A stretch of 53,635 nucleotides of DNA from Thraustochytrium aureum (taxonomy: Eukaryota): assembly GCA_012862495.1 (NCBI GenBank), contig BLSG01000086.1, positions 327,031-380,665 on the forward strand, written 5' to 3'. How positions within the stretch are numbered: the stretch's first letter is position 1; every line of letters begins with the position of its first letter. The notes below the pieces were generated by a model. That model saw only the letters and a program-made list of their open reading frames with translations. It was not told the DNA's origin and searched no databases. Made by a program: the position numbers and the translations under genes. This document shows positions 46,127 to 53,635 of this stretch, one piece after another.

Positions 46127-46443
46127 GCTTCGCTGAACGAAGCGAACGAGGCCGTTCAAGTCCGTGGCCACCGCGTTGAAAAGAAAATGGTACCTAGCGA
46201 CACCGCACGGCTTGTNNNNNNNNNNNNNNNNNNNNNNNNNNNNNNNNNNNNNNNNNNNNNNNNNNNNNNNNNNNNNNNNNNNNNNNNNNNNNNNNNNNNN
46301 NNNNNNNNNNNNNNNNNNNNNNNNNNNNNNNNNNNNNNNNNNNNNNNNNNNNNNNGCTTCGCTGAACGAAGCGAACGAGGCCGTTCAATCAATCAAACAA
46401 AACAAAAATGGTACCAGTAGGTACGACACCGCACGGCTTGTTG
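46127..46443. repeat. Imperfect duplication of about 90 bp on either side of an N-gap
   Basis: gcttcgctgaacgaagcgaacgaggccgttcaa...aaaatggtacc...cgacaccgcacggcttgt occurs at about 46127-46215 and 46356-46441 with different spacers. Confidence 0.8.
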
Positions 46444-48300
46444 AGCTCGAGACTGGAGTACGGTGCCCACGGTACGCCTTGCTCGATCCAACCAGCCTCC
46501 GTCCACCGGCTCGAGCATCGAGCGATCATCCGACACGATCATCGAGGCGCGAACACAGGCTATCCGTCTTTCGTCACTCGACGTGCGGTTGCTGCTTCCA
46601 TCGTGCTACCTGCGCGGTCGTGCCTGGTGGGCTGTAGCGCATCGGACACGAGCCCCGCGGAGGACTACACGGGCATCGTTGCGCTTTGTTTGGAGCGAAT
46701 CGACCTAGGGACCAGGACTTTGACTTGCAGAGCCGTTGGCCGAGATTCGTCGCAGCCACGCACCCGCACATCTGCATCAAGTGCAACGAGGGGTTCAGGG
46801 CTCCGGGATGTGACGAGCCATTAACGACAACAGACGCTTTAGCGCGGCCCAATTGCTTGTTTCGCTTGGACTGCGAACATTCGCTCAAAGGCCGAACACA
46901 CGCAGCTCGAGGCTGACTCCGGAGGCACGAGCATCGCGCGCAGCGACCCTTTGAGAAGCAAGATCGCAGGGAGGCTGTCGGTCTTGCAAGGGAAGAGGCG
47001 GACGCTTGGCGCGCGCGGCAGGCAACATGTTCGCTCGCGAGAGCCTGGACGTGACGCGCAACTCTCCAGCCAGGGTGGGACTTGGTCACTGCCTTCGTTG
47101 CCGTCGGCACGGCGCTGCTTGCGATTTGCGATTCGCGCCTTGCTATGCGGGTGATCGTGGCCAAGAGGCTCAAGCATGTTCCAGAACGTGCCGCAGCTCG
47201 CAAGAACGTCGCAATTCACATTTCTGCCCTTGGGATCGCGCAGAATATCACTTGCGTGCTGCCCCCTCGCGAGACCACACGAATCTACGCGGGCGCCGTT
47301 CTACTTATATATATTTCAGTTCATGATCGGGATGATTCGCATCTCCAAGTGGATCGAAGGACTCCGCACTGTGATCAAGTCGACCCAAATGCTCAAGATC
47401 ATCAAAGTCTCCGCAAGCAGTGTCGAGGCCAGGAACGCCTACTTTGTGCAAGTGCCGTTCTACGCCCTCCTGGTCGCTTTTACGGTGGTCTTCGTGCCGG
47501 ACTCGGGTATCGCAGACCCGCGACAGCGAACGATGTTTGCATTTGCGTGGCTCTTTCGCGCCATCAACGGCGTTGCCATCATTCCAATGACTATCTGGTC
47601 GTCACAAACCCCATGTTTGGTCGCTGGGCGCTCGCGCCAATCAGCGGTGTGCCGTGCGCCGCTGATTCAGATGGGGTGCAGAAGCGAAACGAACTTCTGG
47701 GCGCAATTCGAAAGAAGGTCGTCCGTCATGCTCACCGTTTTCTTCGTCACGGCGCCTTTGATGGCCATTCCACTCTTTGGTACGTTTTCAATTTTCGCGC
47801 TTTACGCTCGGCAGGGTGGCGATCGCTGACGGGGAGGCGGGGCGACCTTTTCGCGCAGCCGCACTTGCCTTTTCGGAAGCGGCCTACAAGCCGACTTTCT
47901 ACAAGGTTGGTTGTCATGGTGTACCCGGTGTTTTGCTCGCTTCAGCTTGAGGTGCTCTTCCCCGTCAGCTTTTGGAGAGCCAAGAGCTCGGCAGCACGTC
48001 CAACGACCCAGGTTGTGCCGGTCTCAGGCGCAACGCGGTCGGCCAAGACTATCTCGAAGAACGAACGCAGCCATCGCGAGAGTTGCCAAGTATTGTTCCT
48101 ACATTGCCGCTTTGATGCAGAACCCCGCTTGCTCTGCCGACAGTCCAGCAATCGAAACGCAGTCGCATCAGTCATCTCCTTGGCCGGCCGCTGCCAGGGA
48201 GCGCACCGCACCGAGCTTGTGTGCAGCCGGCCTACGAGAAGTCGTGCTCAAAGGGCCCGCAGCAGCTGCGCTTGCCAGGAGAAAACCAAACCGGCTCAGC
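46408..48300 (+). pseudogene. Fragmented or degenerate multi-pass membrane protein with a Cys-rich N-terminal segment
   Basis: Protein-like pieces in shifting frames: CIKCNEGFRAPGCDEP, LVTAFVAVGTALLAIC, FYLYIFQFMIGMI, VPFYALLVAFTVVFV, MFAFAWLFRAINGVAII, VMLTVFFVTAPLMAIPLFGTFSIFAL. No continuous ORF. Confidence 0.35.
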
Positions 48301-48337
48301 GCGCGCAAAAGCGGCGAATAGCACGACCTGCGCCGCG

Positions 48338-49686
48338 ATGGCAGAGGCTGCGTTGCTCGACGCAGCCGGCTGTCCAGAGTCCAGTTCCGAAGGGCGAGGA
48401 CTGGACAGGTTAACTCGATCCTTTTGGAAAGGCGCGCCGTCGTTCTCGGCAGTGACCACGCCGTTGTCAACGTCGCTTGGTCGAGGCGCTCGACTCGGCG
48501 TTCACGCACAGGGANNNNNNNNNNNNNNNNNNNNNNNNNNNNNNNNNNNNNNNNNNNNNNNNNNNNNNNNNNNNNNNNNNNNNNNNNNNNNNNNNNNNNN
48601 NNNNNNNNNNNNNNNNNNNNNNNNNNNNNNNNNNNNNNNNNNNNNNNNNNNNNNNNNNNNNNNNNNNNNNNNNNNNNNNNNNNNNNNNNNNNNNNNNNNN
48701 NNNNNNNNNNNNNNNNNNNNNNNNNNNNNNNNNNNNNNNNNNNNNNNNNNNNNNNNNNNNNNNNNNNNNNNNNNNNNNNNNNNNNNNNNNNNNNNNNNNN
48801 NNNNNNNNNNNNNNNNNNNNNNNNNNNNNNNNNNNNNNNNNNNNNNNNNNNNNNNNNNNNNNNNNNNNNNNNNNNNNNNNNNNNNNNNNNNGTGCCTGTT
48901 CGATGCCGAGTACTTTGCCGACGACCCAGAGCCTTTCTACAAGTTTGCACACGTGCTTTACCCGGACAGCGACGCGACACCCTCTGGGACGCACAGGTTT
49001 CTCCTTGCACTCGAGCGCTGCGGCCAGCTCCGGCGCGTGTACACGCAGAACATCGACGGTCTCGAGCGCAAGTGCGGGAACCGCAAAGTGGTACAGTGCC
49101 ACGGGACCCTCGAGTCTGCGCGCTGCACACGGTGCCGCAAGGCCTTTCCGCCAGAAGAATTCCGAGCCGCTGTAGCCCAACGACGAGTCCCGCGGTGCGC
49201 CAAGCCGCGCTGCGAAGGGGTTGTCAAACCGGACATAACCTTTTTCGGCGAGCCCATTGCGGCCAAAGCTTCGCGCGCCCTCGCCAAGGACGCAGCGCAG
49301 GCGGACGTCCTTCTAGTGCTAGGAACGTCGCTCCAGGTTGCGCCCATGTCGAGCGTTCCTGACATGCTCCCTGAAGGCGCGCTGCGTGTGCTCGTTAACA
49401 ACGAGTCTGTGCGCTCGCGTGCCGCGCGCCCCTTCGACGTCGAGCTCCTCGGCGACTGCGACGCTGTCGTGCTTTTTCCGCATCTGCGATGGCAACGACC
49501 TGGACGCCGCTACGGGTCGGCAAACTGCGCTCGGCTCTCGCGTGGCCGCCAAGTGGCCCTGGTGGCGAGCGCCTGCGCTTTGCGCCTATTGGGCAAGCCG
49601 GGTCAACAGCATTTGCTGTGCTGCGCGCCGACCACGATGCTGCGCCAGGAGCGCCTCTGCGGGACGCCAGCGAACCCCGCGATTAG
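48338..49686 (+). CDS. Class I sirtuin (Sir2/SIRT1-like NAD-dependent deacetylase); gapped, C-terminus uncertain
   Basis: LFDAEYFADDPEPFYKFA, YTQNIDGLE, QCHGT, CTRC...CAKPRC, VKPDITFFGE, LGTSLQVAP, FDVELLGDCD. A probable indel near 49470 leads into ORF 49489..49686. Confidence 0.9.
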
Positions 49687-49863
49687 TCACCCCGCATTTT
49701 GGATGTTTCTTGTTTGTTGTTACTTTGGAGCACTCGAGCTACTCTGCCACGCGGCCCAGCGCCTTGGGGAGGGGCGGGGCGTTTCCACTCCCGGATTGCG
49801 CAGTGTGGGCGCGATGCCGAACCCTCAACTCGCTCTGGCCCGTCCAAGTAGCGTTGTGCACTC

Positions 49864-52163
49864 TTACGGCTTTGCAGAATGGTGCAACAGGCACTTGCGG
49901 AGCGCCGCGAGCCAAAACGAAGGCGATCGTGCAGTTTCTCCAGGCCCAGGCAGGCTCAGGCCCGAAATGTCACAAGGTGTCTGCAGCCGCGCGTGCAGGT
50001 CGACGCACGCCAAACCGTCGCCATCCAGGCCTTGGGCAAACACGCTCAAAATTCGGCGCCGAACGCTCGAGCTAGCCAGCCGCTCTTGAGCAACCGGCTC
50101 TGGAACCTCCTCCAGGCCCAAATGGCGCAGCACCCACTCCTCGTCCGACAGGTCGTGCCGCGAGGAGCCGCCCGCAGTACAAGAGCACCGTAGGCTCTCA
50201 ATAACGGGTGCGGCGCGCTGCCGCATCACCATCATGTCGTGCTCCTCCATGTCGGCTTCGTCGTCCTTTGCTGACTGCAGCCAATCATCGTCAAAGTCGA
50301 GGACGTTGACGTCAAGAGGGGGGTCGAACAGGAGGACGCAGGCGTCGTCCGCGCTCCTGGCGTCTGCCCAAGCCGGGTCGACGCGCGTGTGGGGCTCTCG
50401 CGGAAACCCACACATTACGCCCGGCCCGGCCTGCTGCCCTTGGCCAGGCTGCTTGGCGAGCGGGTCGACCAGGAGCTTGGCCTGAGCGAGCTCGGACTTG
50501 AACTCGGTCATGAACAGCGTCCGAAGCCTTCCCTCGTCGGACTCGGACCCGTCCTGAGCGACTCGGTACCGCACATCGAGCCCGCCGGCGGGCCACTCCC
50601 CGAACTTGTCAGGCCCGGTAAGTGCTCCTGGAACGTCCAAGAGCCCGGGGCCCCGAAGGACCTTGCCGGCCTGGGCGACGCCGTCCAAGTCAAAAGTACA
50701 CAGCTGAACGGAGGGGGCGAACCAGTCCGCCTGGAACACCGGCGTGCTCGGGAGAGCGCCAATGGGGCGCATAAAAAAGTCGTGGCAACGCTCCGTGACT
50801 TGCTCCATTGCGGCTTCAGAAGGCTCGCTTGCTTGTGCCTCGACTCCATTCCCGGCCGCTTCCTCTGCTGGCTCCACCGCGCTTGGAGGACCCTGGCCGG
50901 TGTGGCCTTGGTTTAGCGGCCCTGCGAGGGAGGCGCCGCCTTTGTGGCGCTCTTTGCGCAAGTGCTCTTCGCGCTCGGCGTCTTCGCTCGCTTGCCGCAT
51001 CGCGTCAATTACGCGCCGGGACACTGTCACGTTGCTGATTACCTTTGCAGCAACCGCAGCTCGACTCTTGCTTGCCCAGCCCTGCCCTTGCAACTCGTCC
51101 GCTTCCTGCGTTTTGGCCTGCTCGTGCTCTTTGGCCTCTTCGAGGGCCTTTGCAATGTAAATGTGGTCGGTAGCATGCAGCATTGCGCCGCCTCGCGCAA
51201 GAGCTTGCCGTTTGAGCGTCCGCAGACTCGACTGTCGCTGCGGGAGCGAGTGCTGCGGCGCGTGGCCCGAGAAGAGGTCCTTGGACCAATACACTTTGCG
51301 CTCTATTTCAAGCTCGCCGCCCGGCCCGCCTTCGCACATGGCCGCCTCGCTGATCTCAGCTCTTGCTTCAGCGCGCTTGAGCGCCATTGCCGCCGCGCTG
51401 ACTCGCTCGAGCTCTTCGAGGGCGTCCGTGCGGTAGGGCAGAGAAAGGTGAACGGCCTCGTCAAGCACCGCCTCCAAGTTGTCCCTAGCCGACTTGGATG
51501 GGCCACGCCTGGCTCGCACTTGGCCGCCCGCTGCGGCGTTGCGCGATTTATGGCTTGAAAATGTGAACAGCGAGCGGAGATGCCCTTCGTTCTTCGCCAC
51601 AAAACCGCGCACCTCCTGCAAGTCGAGCGACCTCGCGGCTTCGATCCGCACCATGCTCATCCCTCGCACGCGATTGGTTTCCTCGTCAAAATGTTGCGCT
51701 TGTTCATGGCAGCGATGCGCGGTTTGCCGACCGACTCGACGAGGGCCAGGAGGCGACGTTCGATCTCAAATGCAGCGACCTCCTCAAACGTTGCCGCTGC
51801 CTGTGAGTCCTCTGCTCCTTCGTCGTTTGCGGGAACGCCAGCCCCGCGTTGCTGCAAGGTCTGGTTTGCGGAGAAGCTACCTGTTTGGTTTGCACTCTGC
51901 GTGGGGCCGTCTTTGCTTGTAGTGAAGCCTGTGCTTTCCTCGGCGGTGGAGCCATTGTGCGGCCGGCGCGTGCCTGTTCCCGCCGAGGTTTTTGACCGCA
52001 GGTTGCGACACCGCGAGCTCCAGTCCACAGGCTCAAGCTCGTAGACTGTGCGCCGGTCAGTTTGAGAGCGGGTCTTCTCCTCGGCGTCAGATGCAGTGGA
52101 AGCACCGCTCACAGCGCTTGGCCTCCGCTTTCGGCCTTGTGCAGCTTCGCCGGGGTCTACCAT
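49864..52163 (-). CDS. Hypothetical protein (frameshift near 51665; both ends uncertain)
   Basis: A 601-aa ORF with protein-like composition preceded by ORF 51657..52229 (MVDPGEAAQG...). No family recognised. Confidence 0.55.
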
Positions 52164-52729
52164 ATCGGCGCTCGTCGCGAGAAGACGCGGACCTGAGCAC
52201 CACTGGGCGGTGTGAGCGAGTCCAACCAATCTGTGGCGCGCTCACTGCGAGCGATGTTCACGACGTGCGCAGGCGAGCGCGAGCGCCAAGCCGTCGTTCG
52301 TNNNNNNNNNNNNNNNNNNNNNNNNNNNNNNNNNNNNNNNNNNNNNNNNNNNNNNNNNNNNNNNNNNNNNNNNNNNNNNNNNNNNNNNNNNNNNNNNNNN
52401 NNNNNNNNNNNNNNNNNNNNNNNNNNNNNNNNNNNNNNAGCTTGTTGGCACAAAGCAGCTTGTTGCCAAGGGATCGCTATTCCAGGGAAATACTCGTGGA
52501 CGGTTTCAGGCGGCCCTTTCACTTGCTTGGTTCCTGGCGCGCTGTGCTCCTTCTCGCGGACGGCTCGGGTCGTGGCCGGCTCGGGTCTTGGCGGGTCGTG
52601 GCCAGCTCGAGCGAGACTCGCGCATCGCCGGACACATTTTCCGCAATTCCGACGTAGAGAGGGGCACAGAATAGGGTCGGTCATAATCTTGCAAAAACAA
52701 TTCTCGTTAACCGAATGGTGCAAACCTAC

Positions 52730-52882
52730 GCCCGTGTAACTCGTACGTTTTACTCAATTTGCTGGTGGTGGTGTCGCGCGATCACCTCTGACGTTAGAAT
52801 CCCGAATTGTGCCCTCGCAGAGTTGGTTTAGAGTGTCTGGCTTATGACCAGAAAGTCGCGGGTTCGACCCCCGCCACGAGCA
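52730..52882 (+). tRNA. tRNA-Ile(UAU) split by a 78-nt intervening sequence between positions 13 and 14 (exons 52730-52742 and 52821-52882)
   Basis: Joined sequence: GCCCGTG TA ACTC AGTTGGTTTA GAGT G TCTGG CTTATGA CCAGA AAGTC GCGGG TTCGACC CCCGC CACGAGC A. D, anticodon and T stems pair perfectly, the acceptor stem pairs 6/7 (C3:A70), and U8, A14, the D-loop GG and the B-box are present. Confidence 0.9.
52743..52820 (+). other. Spliceosomal-type (GT-AG) intron within the tRNA-Ile gene
   Basis: Begins GTACGT, contains CTCTGAC (A at 52791) and ends TTGTGCCCTCGCAG. The junction cannot slide. Confidence 0.75.
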
Positions 52883-52902
52883 CGTCATCAAACTTCTTTC
52901 AC

Positions 52903-52917
52903 TTTTTTTTTCTTTTT
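52903..52917 (+). terminator. Oligo-T RNA polymerase III terminator-like tract
   Basis: T9-C-T5 beginning 21 nt after the tRNA discriminator base. Confidence 0.7.
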
Positions 52918-53164
52918 CCTCCTTCCCGCTGGTGTTGCGGCGAGACGAGATCAGCCATCTTCGTGCGAGCTCGTCATCGGGCAAGCAGAGGATGGATCGA
53001 CCTCGTGCGAGCTCAACATGAGGCATGCAGATCATCGTGCGAGATCGCATGCTCTCAATCGAAAGCTGACGGCTTTGGCCACGGGGTTGACGCGCGGATC
53101 GACATGGACTTGCCTGAAACGGCCAGCGCACAGGCGGGACTGCTCGCTGCGGCTGGCTGTTGGG

Positions 53165-53240
53165 GCAGAGCTGGAAAGGATGTAAGATAGATACAATTGG
53201 TAGCAGAGCTGGAGAGGATGTAAGATAGATACAATTGGTA
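53165..53240. repeat. 38-bp tandem duplication with one mismatch
   Basis: gcagagctgga[a/g]aggatgtaagatagatacaattggta x2, just beyond the stop of the minus-strand gene. Confidence 0.9.
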
Positions 53241-53254
53241 GTGACGATTTGTAG

Positions 53255-53635
53255 CTAGTCCAGCATGGCCAGCGTGTAGTCGTTCTTGACGATCGCCGCC
53301 AAACGCAAGCGCACGCGGTCGTAGAAGCGCTTAAAGTCAAAAACAGAGAGGTGGGCGGTCTCGCGGAGGAACTCGACCATGTAGTGGCCAGCCTTGATGA
53401 GGTAGATCCGCACGGTGTAGAGCTTGGTGGCGCCAAGGAACACGTCCAACTTGTACGCCGCCGGGTCGACCACCACGGCGCGATCCGCCGGTCCGAGAGG
53501 TGGCTCCGCGAGAACAATCTCCTTGATGCGGCGCAGCACCTCTGCCGCAGGCACACAGGTCGAGAACCGCGTCGACCTCTTGACAGAGTCGGAAAAAGCG
53601 GCAGGCCCTCGCCTCCTGCTGCTACCAGGCCCGGC
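53255..53635 (-). CDS. C-terminal KA1-like regulatory domain of a Chk1/CIPK-type Ser/Thr kinase (5'-partial)
   Basis: SVKRSTRFSTCVPAAEVLRRIKE...HYMVEFLR...FDFKRFYDRVR resembles the KRxTRF...VExR...EFxRF pattern. The frame is open to the window edge. Confidence 0.65.
   Translation of the reverse strand, partial: AGPGSSRRRGPAAFSDSVKRSTRFSTCVPAAEVLRRIKEIVLAEPPLGPADRAVVVDPAAYKLDVFLGATKLYTVRIYLIKAGHYMVEFLRETAHLSVFDFKRFYDRVRLRLAAIVKNDYTLAMLD

Noticed and set aside
52743..52820. Bulge-helix-bulge (endonuclease-type) intron or permuted tRNA
   Set aside because: The exons are in normal order and the required 4-bp central helix cannot be formed at the junction by eye. Not excluded experimentally.
52809..52882. 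5'-truncated tRNA pseudogene or tRNA-derived SINE
   Set aside because: The missing 13 nt are present at 52730-52742 and complement both the acceptor and D stems, so the gene is split rather than truncated.
53165..53240. CRISPR-like repeat
   Set aside because: Two abutting copies with no spacer, no cas genes and a eukaryotic context.

Overview
GC-rich, intron-poor eukaryotic nuclear scaffold segment with about 15 N-gaps. The gene set (fused ATP-citrate lyase, cilia-associated proteins, a bacterial-type phytochrome, tetranucleotide microsatellites upstream of genes) suggests a flagellated protist, possibly a stramenopile such as a labyrinthulomycete; this is inference only. About 20 protein genes can be recognised: tandem DUF1279/FAM210-like, Dpy-30-motif protein, CDV3-like, MsrB, bromodomain protein, giant coiled-coil protein, phytochrome hybrid histidine kinase, degenerate GH5, thioredoxin-like, HCCA-isomerase/DsbA-like, CSTPP1-like, ATP-citrate lyase, ankyrin-TPR-DnaJ, tandem SpoVS, sirtuin and a kinase C-terminal domain. 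Many are broken by single-base indels in short homopolymers, which look like sequencing errors. The standout is a tRNA-Ile(UAU) gene (52730-52882) split in its D-arm by a 78-nt insertion with spliceosomal hallmarks (GTACGT...CTGAC...CAG). Precise removal of the insertion restores a complete cloverleaf. All family assignments are from motif recognition by eye; no database search was run.
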